Assembly (NCBI GenBank): GCA_051362555.1
Contig: CM120640.1
Coordinates: 1,550,001-1,614,000, forward strand
Reading direction: 5' to 3'
Length of the DNA: 64,000 nt
Source: Lingula anatina
Taxonomy: Eukaryota; Animalia; Brachiopoda
Under the pieces are notes generated by a model. The model saw only the letters and a program-made list of their open reading frames with translations. It was not told where the DNA came from and made no database searches. Shown here piece after piece: positions 57,542 through 64,000 of the stretch. The stretch's first letter is position 1. Each line of letters begins with the position of its first letter. The position numbers were made by a program, and so were the translations under genes.

Positions 57542-59414
57542 TCCTTATATCACAAATTTTGCTTTATAACCCTTTGTTAGTAAATTTATTGTCTTATCAC
57601 ACTTGCATGGGTGACAATAGAAGCAATGGCTGTAGTTTTTTTCTAGGGTGTTTGACTGTTTTTTTTTTAAAGCATAATACTAACCCTTTCTAATATACAT
57701 GAAAATGCTTTACTGCTATTATTAGCATTGTTAATTTTTAAAAATTTTGGTTGCTTTGTTTGTTTAGTTTGAAGGGTCTTCAGAAAAATTCAGTGACAAT
57801 ATTGTTCATATCATGCTATGTATTTGTGCATATTATAGTGTCATCTTTTTGTTTGATTTATACAATTTGATATATAAAAATGAATGTATTCATCTTATAT
57901 ATGTAGCTTCCTGTCCTTGTGTGTAAGAACAGTCAAACACCCAAAGCATCCTAATATGACATTCATGTGTTGTGACTTGTGTGCCTTTACTTTATCTTTT
58001 CTAATGTAAGATCTGGTGCAGGTGGCCTTTAGAGCTTCAATTACTCTTTGATGTTATGGAATAATATTAATCTTGTTAGTTTGACAGATTTTTAACTAAA
58101 ATATATGTGTTAGAAATTGCTATAAAATATCTTGTATCAAGGTGTAATTTTAAGGTACTTTATTCTTAACAGAAAAAAAATCAACATATTATGTAACTGG
58201 CATCCTTTTGGTGTTAAAAAGTTGTAAGTATATATTTTAAGAAACATACCAGATGTGATATTATCAGTTATTAGAAAAGAGATTGAAGTAGGTATATCTT
58301 GTAGGTTCAACCATCCAACCAGTCAGCAGAGGGCGCCAAAGACATGAGGGCTCTGTCTGGGGGTGAAAGGTCATTCTCTACCGTCTGCTTCATCTTAGCA
58401 TTATGGGATGCCATGGAATCTCCTTTCAGGTGTATGGATGAGTTTGATGTCTACATGGTAAGTAATGGACACAGTATGAGTTACAGAGGTCTGTGACAAC
58501 CAAGAGGGCAAAGTATGTAGTACTCCAGATGCGGGTAACAAAAGGATATCTGTGGCCATGAATGTTGATGTTGGCTGTTACGGCAATGACTCATTATTTC
58601 TGTTGGAAAAATTGTGAATTTTACAGATGCTGTATTTTTTAAAAAGTCATTTTGATTGGAAGCAAGAAAATTCAAAAGTTACCTACACAACAAATGCCAT
58701 ATAAAAATAAAATGTAATAATGGAGCTGAAAGATTGATAATTTCTTGCCCATAGAAAAGATGGGTCATTACAGTAACTGTAGTTTGCCTTAACTGACCAC
58801 TGAAATTTGAACTTCAGGACATGGTGAACAGAAGGATATCTATGGACATGTTGATGGAGGTAGCCAAGAACCAGAAGACTCGCCAGTTCATATTTCTGAC
58901 ACCACAGAACATGAGGTGATAGTACATGTTTTTTCGCAATAGTAATCATCAGTTTATTGAGCCCTTAATGGTGCATTCTCAGACCTCTTCATTTATTTCA
59001 TAGAATACAAGAAGAGTATGAGATTATTTAAGTATTACATGTGATGATTATCTTACAAATGTTTCTATATCACATTGCAGTGATGGGCTCAGTTATTGTT
59101 TACCCACTGTTTGATGGAAATCTGGGTTGTAATTCTTGTGAACCACTGTTCCTGGAGTTATAGTGCTGTCATGTGGCTAAATACGCTTTTACGTGGAATA
59201 TTTGTCATATGTCTATAACTTACAATTCATTTTATGCACCTTGGCCCTGTAATTCAGACCTCTTTGTTAATTACTTATTGTTATTAATAATTTCAGCAAC
59301 CTACAGCCCAGCCCCACCCTGAAGATCTTTAAGATGCCCGACCCGCAGAGAGGATCAGGGGTGATAGAAACCACCAGAGAACGGGAAGAGGAGCAAGAGG
59401 CTATGGCAACTTGA
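13304..59414 (+). CDS. SMC6: Structural maintenance of chromosomes protein 6; 26 coding exons per isoform; about 1098 aa
   Basis: Exons 13304-13444, 13813-13927, 14708-14813, 15186-15322, 15568-15710, 16019-16120, 16595-16732, 17083-17163, 17349-17495, 17945-18033, 25722-25886, 26366-26544, 26820-26998, 27259-27285, 27726-27806, 28072-28158, 28698-28807, 29042-29258, 29640-29810, 30033-30170, 54897-55012, 55312-55411, (55985-56143 or 56804-56962), 58305-58457, 58818-58915, 59297-59414. Motifs: LKNFMCH, Walker [22 protein letters not shown], signature [13 protein letters not shown], Walker [18 protein letters not shown]. Confidence 0.96.
14001..14177. mobile_element. CAG-terminated MITE with 5-bp TSD (hAT5-like)
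   Basis: TIR CAGGGCTTGACA(T/C)TAA; flanking direct repeat GATGA. Confidence 0.7.
16327..16536. mobile_element. Small MITE-like element
   Basis: Inverted ends GAGGGCAGGGAATACC / GGTATTCCCTACCCTC; internal GGTGATTG repeats. Confidence 0.5.
18307..18434 (-). ncRNA. Putative Pol III structured small RNA, 128-nt type, copy 1 (Y RNA/sbRNA-like)
   Basis: GGUGAG/CUCACC terminal stem followed by T5; UAGCUCAGUGG/CUACUGGGCUA stem; AACUUGAC motif; two internal hairpins. Confidence 0.55.
18531..18594 (+). promoter_or_regulatory. Two CTCF-like motifs, repeated in each cassette
   Basis: TGGCCACTAGATGTCACCA and TCTCCACCAGATGTCAGCA resemble the CTCF core CCACYAGRKGGCRSYA. Confidence 0.45.
18669..18779 (+). 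ncRNA. Putative Pol III structured small RNA, 111-nt type, copy 1
   Basis: GGUGAG/CUCACC stem followed by a long T run; UGGUCUAGUGG/CUACUGGACUG stem; ACUUGAC; TATA-like sequence at -30. Confidence 0.55.
19330..19457 (-). ncRNA. Putative small RNA, 128-nt type, copy 2
   Basis: Same sequence and fold as copy 1. Confidence 0.55.
19692..19802 (+). ncRNA. Putative small RNA, 111-nt type, copy 2
   Basis: Same fold as copy 1; 5' end GGUGAGCCGUGGUCUAGUGG. Confidence 0.55.
20571..20698 (-). ncRNA. Putative small RNA, 128-nt type, copy 3
   Basis: Same fold; stem variants convert G-C to G-U (3' CUCAUC; UGGUUGCU). Confidence 0.55.
20933..21043 (+). ncRNA. Putative small RNA, 111-nt type, copy 3
   Basis: Same as copy 2. 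Confidence 0.55.
21293..23996 (+). mobile_element. Non-autonomous Helentron (HINE/DINE-1-like), family 1
   Basis: 5' hairpin TATGTACAGACAC-AGAT-GTGTCTGTACATA, (GCCGAT)n microsatellite, internal tandem repeats, 3' subTIR TGTCTGTACA plus stem-loop CAGCTTTGCTG. Inserted in a T tract with no TSD; empty site at 20041-20070. Confidence 0.88.
24519..24646 (-). ncRNA. Putative small RNA, 128-nt type, copy 4
   Basis: Same as copy 3. Confidence 0.55.
24885..24995 (+). ncRNA. Putative small RNA, 111-nt type, copy 4
   Basis: Same fold; a 5-bp insertion just upstream of the start alters promoter spacing. Confidence 0.5.
26635..26706. repeat. (GT)n microsatellite
   Basis: Direct observation. Other simple repeats: (TTA)n ~2128-2166, (AAT)n ~26135-26185, poly-T 57494-57540, (TA)n ~63235-63280. 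Confidence 0.95.
28227..28382. mobile_element. hAT-type MITE
   Basis: Ends CAGTGTT/AACACTG; perfect 8-bp TSD ATTGGAAG. Confidence 0.75.
33406..34793 (+). mobile_element. Non-autonomous Kolobok-like DNA transposon encoding a THAP protein
   Basis: TTAA TSD at 33402-33405 and 34794-34797; termini AGGCCTACTG / CAGTATACCT; empty site in the paralogous repeat at 37081-37110. Confidence 0.78.
33648..34085 (+). CDS. THAP-domain protein, 145 aa, transposon-derived with no catalytic domain
   Basis: [10 protein letters not shown]...P...W...RICSDHF...AVPSIF matches the C2CH THAP signature. Confidence 0.85.
   Translation: MPQSCVAPGCRNVGYDKKDICYYILPADAAKRKIWLNSLKLKNRSTVSKHARICSDHFEPECFVRDLRAELCGGKARRKLKDDAVPSIFDFSEYQNATVNARALPTRVLPVGCVHDAAVERKKRAASRAQKKFLAELRCRIFWLF
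35167..36622 (+). mobile_element. Non-autonomous Helentron-type element, family 2
   Basis: 5' hairpin AGTACCACCAG-N8-CTGGCGGTACT, 3' subTIR CTGGTGGTAC plus stem-loop AGAGG...CCTCT; inserted in a T-rich site with no TSD; empty site at about 39785-39810. Confidence 0.75.
37798..39376. mobile_element. Non-autonomous DNA transposon with CAG termini and 5-bp TSD (hAT5-like)
   Basis: Perfect 14-bp TIR CAGTGTTTCCCCTG; TSD CTTTA. Confidence 0.78.
42130..43171 (+). pseudogene. Disrupted N-terminal extension of the Helentron RepHel ORF
   Basis: A +1 frameshift in the A7 run at 42380-42386 links ORF 42130 to ORF 42347, which is in the same frame as ORF 43178 and is cut off from it by a TAG inside a 20-bp duplication; 21-bp repeats encode KNCEITV. 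Confidence 0.6.
43178..50629 (+). CDS. Helentron RepHel protein, 2483 aa: 33-aa repeats, Cys cluster, OTU-like protease, HUH Rep, Pif1 helicase, AP endonuclease
   Basis: OTU: [11 protein letters not shown]...HYD. Rep: [18 protein letters not shown] and YIVNYISK. Helicase: [55 protein letters not shown]. Endonuclease: HWN, TET, IYRPP, GDFN, LDLVF, DH. Confidence 0.95.
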   Translation: MQLLRSDPQYRKAEQNAQRITRSQSDVKKQIQKQKHLKRSDPEYRKNEQQSQRLKRSQVDEKSKILKYNQLKRSDPQYRKSEQESHRLKRSQVDEKSKILKYNQLKRSDPQYRKSEQESRRLKRSQFDEKSKILKYNQLKRSDPQYRKSEQESQRLKRSQVNEKSKILKYNQLKRSDPQYRKSEQESRRLKRSQVDEKSKILKYNQLKRSDPQFRKRAQESQRLKRSQVNEKSKILKYNQLKRSDPHYRKKEQESHRLKRSQVDEKSKILKYNQLKRSDPQYRKKEQESQRLKRSQSDMKTKILKHKHLKRSDPYYKVTERSKKRLKRSDPEFRKHERKSDSFAKCNKRQKINTNLQQLIQQFHKKVAEGCTYTCCICQQLWYRHTVINSESIMNLENNAVKHCKETGDLFDSNWICLTCSYHLKKNKIPPCAMVNGLSFPEKPSFLDLKPLEWRLTSPRLVFMKLQQAPRGKQYKLEGNVVNIPADVTSTVTKLPRTEADSSTIKVQLKRNVKFKNYAYAQNVRPNKVLEAAAWLTANGKLYQEKGITVDTTWKLAENPCSSDTFEQTKKEHTTVNNLSEEQMQNLLKEYVCVECPANCKNIQFSEEGHLMDQDGDFADEFYVILDKPYKYDPSVDVDKFVATIQSERKSTGYSKQPHTLGVPAFKSQERGRSRYRKKINTIRSSSREGIEKLIAYKRHHILRKYKHLKLSYYGLFKRKKQGRTWYSRYFRTVKKIRHRVRNVSHLQKELSYLQQRHILPTYCESENEVQHLRTDNTLFHFMPVDALWQEKITEKLNLPLKRPHNWPETGSDILLTNPRQLKKVIGDGNCFFRSLSFTITGSDMLYDNNHIILRNKIVSHMKQLEYAFASSMLGDNDSTSASYIRRTGMDSVNVWGTETEILAAAHLLQTDIYVYCKPGDSWKWLKYSANFLDQNNHSHETAIYLQNTNSDHYDIVQSVCDSSLSADSINKNLLQTKKVTRAKSDISKCLQANDITDWDEIDEEEMKPGIRDTMLTGRDFLEDTEREKIYSFAPGQEGHPLSIFKDEHCEELAFPEIFLGNARPANQNRLVPVHYSDICKSELRRNDRRAAMCVDNIFFKAKKLQMKRLIGSASLAVRKHKTSGKKLTAGDLKQSGAIEKLLHFDEGYTFLKGVRGSPPYFEKAKKDLFAMIRQLGAATFFCSFSSAETKWNHLLRTLGQLVDNRHYSESELEQLSWDEKCRLIQSDPITCARHFDYQVQCLIHHFLCHKVAPLGKIQDFFYRVEFQHRGSPHIHMLLWIENAPIYGVNSNEDIIHFVDSTICCSKPNEDDPIKELVSYQTHKHTRTCIKNLKKSCRFHFPQPPMKKSIILKPLEDTSQKKEYAKVWTKIHDIINDKDFTYVSLTFEEFLNKVQVSEEDYILAVRSTIKTDTLFLKRLPCEIWINNYSRSCLQAWRANMDIQFVLDIYACATYIVNYISKGQRGMSDLLYQACKEAREGNSDIKQQVRHIGNKFLNNVEISAQEASYITLQLPMRRASRSFVFINTTPPEDRVRLLKPLEEIKELEDESDNIESSNLLKRYSRRLPSLDNVSLADFAAYYDNNLNIIGGSKKRSSRLLDTDGMPLEKHDLENFEDDIHDITCETDIIKRKKAKIIRSVWFSESLYPEKHYRELLMLYIPWRNEESDILQNFESYEQRCQHLENEIWEQQRMYSPAKDELHRAMEDLNNMDSEDEDMWATVAPNTECQNEVDQCETSDVVQSSVGLSYDLAEDLGIHVSAKSCIEEEIVNKEIPDISYCKMIRNMNRQQFEFFHHVLHLIKSNSDPFHIFLSGGAGVGKSFVTRALYQGILKYLSSLPGEDFRTIRVALVAPTGKAAYNIGGHTIHSLLKIPANQSLRYKRLSADVLNSFRYKLGSLKVLFIDEVSMVGSKMLSFINERLKELKNNDRLFGGVSIVAIGDLFQLKPVFDNWIFENPNNDYYPLATNLWQKHFHMYELTEIMRQKDSKEFAEILNRLREGHHTDKDIKVLSERQLDQSKTSQKPLLHVFQTNSLVENFNHASYQNAKGEKFQIAATDTITGPVPKHLENNIKKQIPLDHKKTMNLRRILHIAVGERTEVVLNVDTEDGITNGAPNVVKLVDLDRQLIWVQFDAEDIGKNVRRMNKSLYNSNISKTWTPIFPVKRQFHLGKTGQYQVVRKQFPLQLSAAKTIHRCQGDTLKELVVDLSGRKNEHMHYVALSRVEKLEGLHILELNASKICISDKVKQEMKRLRQEAQLVKSISFLYEQPDDHFKIIHWNCCSLHKYIDDIRKNFDVAKADVCAFTETRFAIKDLNTKYQLKDKYLHRNDSTLHRQHGTAIYSHHRYAENFPKNYNFSGIEITVTRLDQFPDFVVITIYRPPHGKMQVLLEALRNILDTIDKTDKCVIIGDFNVNWLHENNANALRKMMCQDLMFRQHVTTQTTIYDSALDLVFTNFDHADLKIIVLPTYFGDHFPVCLSFPKNCL
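43285..44115 (+). repeat. 99-bp coding tandem repeat, about 8 units
   Basis: [34 protein letters not shown] repeated near-identically. Confidence 0.95.
55985..56143 (+). CDS. SMC6: SMC6 alternative exon A (diverged duplicate)
   Basis: 159 nt, phase 0, TTTTAG acceptor and GTAAGT donor; [53 protein letters not shown]. Confidence 0.8.
56804..56962 (+). CDS. SMC6: SMC6 alternative exon B (canonical-like)
   Basis: 159 nt, phase 0; [53 protein letters not shown]. Confidence 0.88.
57111..57416. mobile_element. Foldback/MITE-like long inverted repeat
   Basis: About 83-bp near-perfect arms (CTAGCTAGGCCATGACC...CTCTCACA) with inner and outer extensions; ends GCCATTCA/TGAATGGC resemble the 11008 MITE family. 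Confidence 0.7.
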
Positions 59415-61562
59415 GGAACAAATCACAAATTTCTCCCAGTTGACTGCAATGTTGAATGGCAGAGATATCTCCCACAATTTCTTTTCAATGTTTTCTGGAT
59501 TCTGTGGCATAGTCCTTGATCAAGTTTTCATAATTTCCCCTGGTGGGGTTGGAGCTAATGTTCAACCTTAATTACACCTGGGTGACACGTGGTAACAGCT
59601 CTCCAGTTAACAGACACCAAGATGAGACTAACTCCAACACAAGAAGGTCCTGCCCTTGATAACTTAGTAAAATGCATATTTTGATTTTATTTTCATAACA
59701 TGCTGGGTCTGGAGGGCCATAGTTTGTTTAAAGTTGTCAGATCACATGGTGACTCATTGTGGCAGTACAGGGGACTGTCATCTAAATGGGAAATTGTGGC
59801 TGTCAGTCAGCTTCTGTGGTGACACTGTGTAATAATGACACTGGACATTCTTTGGTGCAGCATGTAGTCCAAATGGCAAAGGTAGCACTCATTTTGCACA
59901 CAGGGGGAAATTGTGAAATAAAATTTTGTTAAAAGTTAAAAAGACAACTTTTGTCTTGTGAAAAGCAAACTTATTCAGTCTTAAATATCAACACTTTGCC
60001 ATTTTGTAAGTGCTTATACTGGTGCTAAATGATTCAGAGGGTGAGATGTAGACTAGAGAAGATAGATGTTTTCATCTAGAATGTTATCACAAGTAGGATT
60101 TTTATAACACAACTGTTAATGATGTTTAGATCCTTGCTTTTAGTAATCTTGTTGATGCTTTCCCTAGATTTTATCTAGACTTGCTCACAACTGAACCATC
60201 AGCAGGATTTTAAAAAGCAAGGAGCTAAACATCACATCAAGCACATTCTTTAGTATAGCTGCTAACTGATCCAATGATACTATTTAAGTTTATTTTGTTT
60301 GTGACATAAGAGATGGTAGATTGTTAGTAAACAATAAGAATTACAAGATTAGTGAAAATATGCCATATTTGATGAATTTACATTTCATGTATTGAATGTT
60401 AGTATCATTTACAATTTTATTTCTGTTTGTAGTTATATTTGTAGTTTTTTTACATGTTATGATTTAAATCTTTTGGGAAAATGAGAAACTCAAACATTTT
60501 CATTTATTTTTCTTGATCGTTTGATTATATTTGATTTGTTACACACACACATAAATACACACACGTGCGTGCTCACATAAAAACGTGGAAAAAAATTTCC
60601 CCACCCAGTTTCGTTTTATCATTATATTTATACATATGGAAATCCTGCAGTTTCACAGTACATGTTCTATGGTGGATGAATATTGTGGAGAGCCAAGTTA
60701 TTTTTGCATGTGTCCTGTGTTTCTTGCGAAAGGTTTACTTGAACAATTAACATGTAAGGATTAAAAAATGCTAGCATAATAAAGATATTCTACTGTAAAA
60801 GTACATAAATTAATTGCACGATTTCTAGCAGGAACTAGACTTATTTTTCGTTTAAGGCAAATTACTTTTCATCACAAATGGTGAATTAAACCGAAAAAAT
60901 GTGCCACCAGTATACAGTTAAAGGTACCGGTACCTTCTTTATTACATTTTTATATACAGACTTTTATATTCTGATCGGTCTGTCTGTCCATGTCTTCACT
61001 GTCACTGCCCGACACGTGTTGCCCCATAATTGCCAGACCATATGTCTGTTTTACTTTAAATTTACTGAGTGGCTTTGTTTTGGTTAAGGGGCAGATTGCT
61101 GTCGAAAATCGGCATGATTGGTTTACAATTACGGATTTTTTTTTTTTTTTCAAATTTTCCTTTTTCCACACAGTATTTTCAAGGAACTGAATCGCTTGTT
61201 TTTCAATCTCCATTTTACCTGTAGTGCATAATGAAAGACGGCGAGAATGATTATGCTGTTTTAAAGCGTTATGTAACAGTGCATCAAAATTTGACTAAAC
61301 GTTATTTTGTGCACTTTTTAAACAAGAACACTTTTTATGCGTCAGAACATGTACGTTATCCTTATTTTTGAAGAGATTATTGCGGAGGTACAGCCATCTA
61401 TCAAGGTTCACGTGTCTGATGGCAAGCACAGATTTCAGAATAATTCCGACAACTACTGTTTGGTGGTAAAATGGAAATTGTTATATTTCTTTGAATTGAT
61501 TATTATGTTTATATTGTGAAATATGAATCTCATAGGAATAATTGCTATCCCTTTAGAAATCT

Positions 61563-62093
61563 AACATTGGTCAAAAATGTTGTCCCACCCCATTTCCACG
61601 TACTTTTAATTACAAATGATCACCTCACAGCTGTAAATTGTTAGAAATAGTGCTTTTCATTACAGATACCGTGTCTAACATGATTAATGGTTTAAAAAAA
61701 TACAAAGTAGTGGTGAAAATATGCACATTTTATACCATTTAGTAAAATTTATAAGAGGTACCCTCTCAAATCCAATGTTTCACTGTGACTTTTACTGATC
61801 TAGAGAAATGTCTATTAAACTGAAAAGACGCTATCAAATGTCACCAAATTCCCACACAATTGCCATTAGGGTGTGCTCGTTAAAGGTCACGTGCCTAACA
61901 TCGTGTGCGTCTACCGCGTACTACAATTATCTCCTGTAGACGGCGAGACAAGCCTTCAACATGGGTAACAATTCTGTGGGATATTGTCCCCTTCTTCTTA
62001 AACACTATTTCTAACAATTTACAGCTGTGAAGTGATCATTTGTAAAAAAAAGCACATGGAAATGGGGGTGGGGCAACCTTTTTGACCAATGTT
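61563..62093. mobile_element. MITE-like element with ~90-bp imperfect TIRs
   Basis: AACATTGGTCAAAAA...CAGCTGTAAATTGTTAGAAATAGTG and its reverse complement at about 62003-62093. Confidence 0.65.
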
Positions 62094-63231
62094 GTAGAAA
62101 TACCAGCTTCTTTGGATTATTTCCCAATATTTGCACATATATTTCCTACTTAATTGCTGTTCTCTACGTCAAATTTACCACCAGAACATTGAAGAAGGTG
62201 CAGTTTAAAGCGTTTTTTCTGCTTCCCAAGGGACTTTTGTTATTTATTTATTATTATTATTTTTTGGTGGGGGGGGGGGGGCATGTTGATTTTATTTGTG
62301 CTGTGTATAAAACTGGTGCTGATAACTTAATGGTAGACGTTAGATCCTACAAAGTAAGTTTTCTCGCTTCACATGTTTTTAAGTCATGTTATAATTAAGT
62401 CATAATGATGCATCAATCATCGTCAGGGATTTTCATCAGAACAGAAGGACTAGGGACCGAAAGCCTGGATAGGATATTACATCTCTTTAGTAGATGTACA
62501 TAGATGCGGCATTATGATAACTTCTTTATTTCTTAAAAAATCTATACAGTGATTTAATATAAGGCTTCATATATGTCCTTAATAACAAACTGACGAAGGC
62601 AAAGACCTAGCCTCTTTGGTAGAGGTAATGATGGTTAGATATTTAAGTACTGGTATATGCACAAAATGAAAGAAAATGAAATTATAAAAAAGATTAAAAG
62701 AGAACGAGAAGCAAAAGATTGGAGCTACATGCATCAGTGAAGACCTAAAGAATGTACTTCAGTCCCACCACGTCTGGGCCAGTGCACCAAACACGAAATA
62801 AAGTCATTAATCAAAGTGCCCTCCGGCTAACCCTAAATACCTGGCAATATCCTTCAAGGCCCGTCGCGTCTCCCCCGTAATAAGCCTACTGGTAGTTAAG
62901 TGTAATTTTTCCAAGTTGTGTACCAAACCGGTATTTAGGCCTACTTGCTCCAAGGTTTCACCTTTCACATAATCTGCTTTTTATTTTAAAAAATCTTGAA
63001 AAAAGTCATCAGTGCTGTTTTGGACATGCTTGCTCGCAAACAACAATTCTCTTTTTATTGGGTAAATGGTTCTGCTGGTAAAGTATAGATATAAAGTGTA
63101 TCCTTTGATCAACTCACACCCGAACCCCTAAATCATGTTGTCAGTTAATGATAACGGTACCTCTAAAGTGCTCGAATTTCAAACCAATATTAAATATACC
63201 TGGCATTGTGTTGCATGGGGCCGTGCGATCC

Positions 63232-63283
<52 letters not shown>

Positions 63284-64000
63284 GCGTTGTCAGAACATGG
63301 CGGTGCGCAACATTTGATCTACACTTTAAAGCGGCCGGTGTCACGAAACTGAGGTTCCGTATAATAAAAAGTATGCCCTCCATATAGTTATAATGGTTAG
63401 GGTTAGGGCGAGGCTTACCTGTACAAATGAACAGGAAGCTGAGTCTCTAGCATGAGAGACTCGCTGTCACGTTACGCAGGATATATGAGTGATATAGTCT
63501 AATCGCCATGCAAGTGCTATTTATGTTCAGACGTCTTCGACGACGACGACGACGACGATATCCAATGACCCATTGACAAATCAACAAGATGAGGACCGTT
63601 GAAGGTCTGTTATGTGACAGACAAGTACAGTATATTGTCCAAGTTAGCAGGTGGATCAACTGTAGCGTTTAGAGCACAGCTTTAAATCTTATCCCAAAGC
63701 TTTGCACATGGAAATATAAACATGTAGCCATTGCATGGGTTGGGGTGTTTCTTTGTAATTGTTTTAAACTACCACACGGATCATGCAGAAAAAACTGAAC
63801 TAACAACCGTCCTTGTCGTGGGAGCAACATGATTGTAAGAAGGCTCGCTAGGAAAGCAGAAGTATTGTTTAAAACTTCATGTCGTTTTATTTTACGTTTT
63901 CAATTTACTGGAAACTGAAGTTCAACAACAACCGAAGTAAACAAATCAGACACATCAACCGCTGGATTATTAAATTTTCCTGTTCACTTCTGACAATTTC

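Noticed and set aside
62430-62620. CTGACGA and CCGAAAG motifs suggesting a Penelope-type hammerhead
   Set aside because: Core motifs are not in the right order or spacing and stems are missing

Overview
AT-rich, intron-rich animal genomic DNA; the repeat content suggests an invertebrate, possibly a mollusc (inference). It holds four housekeeping genes: LYRM2 (+), ATG5 (+), PPIE (-, with a U12-type intron) and a 46-kb SMC6 (+, head-to-head with PPIE). Two SMC6 introns are greatly expanded. (1) Intron 18034-25721 holds four ~480-bp cassettes plus one collapsed copy. Each cassette appears to encode a divergent pair of structured 128-nt and 111-nt small RNAs with poly-T terminators, a shared upstream element, compensatory and G-U pairs, a Y-RNA/sbRNA-like ACUUGAC motif and two CTCF-like sites between them. 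This is the best candidate for an undescribed system. (2) Intron 30171-54896 holds a 21.7-kb Helentron (Zn finger-OTU-HUH Rep-Pif1 helicase-AP endonuclease) inserted into a non-autonomous copy of its own family and itself carrying three further transposons. SMC6 also has two homologous 159-nt, probably mutually exclusive exons separated by an intron with G-U-rich sense-strand hairpins. All calls were made by eye; no searches or folding programs were run.
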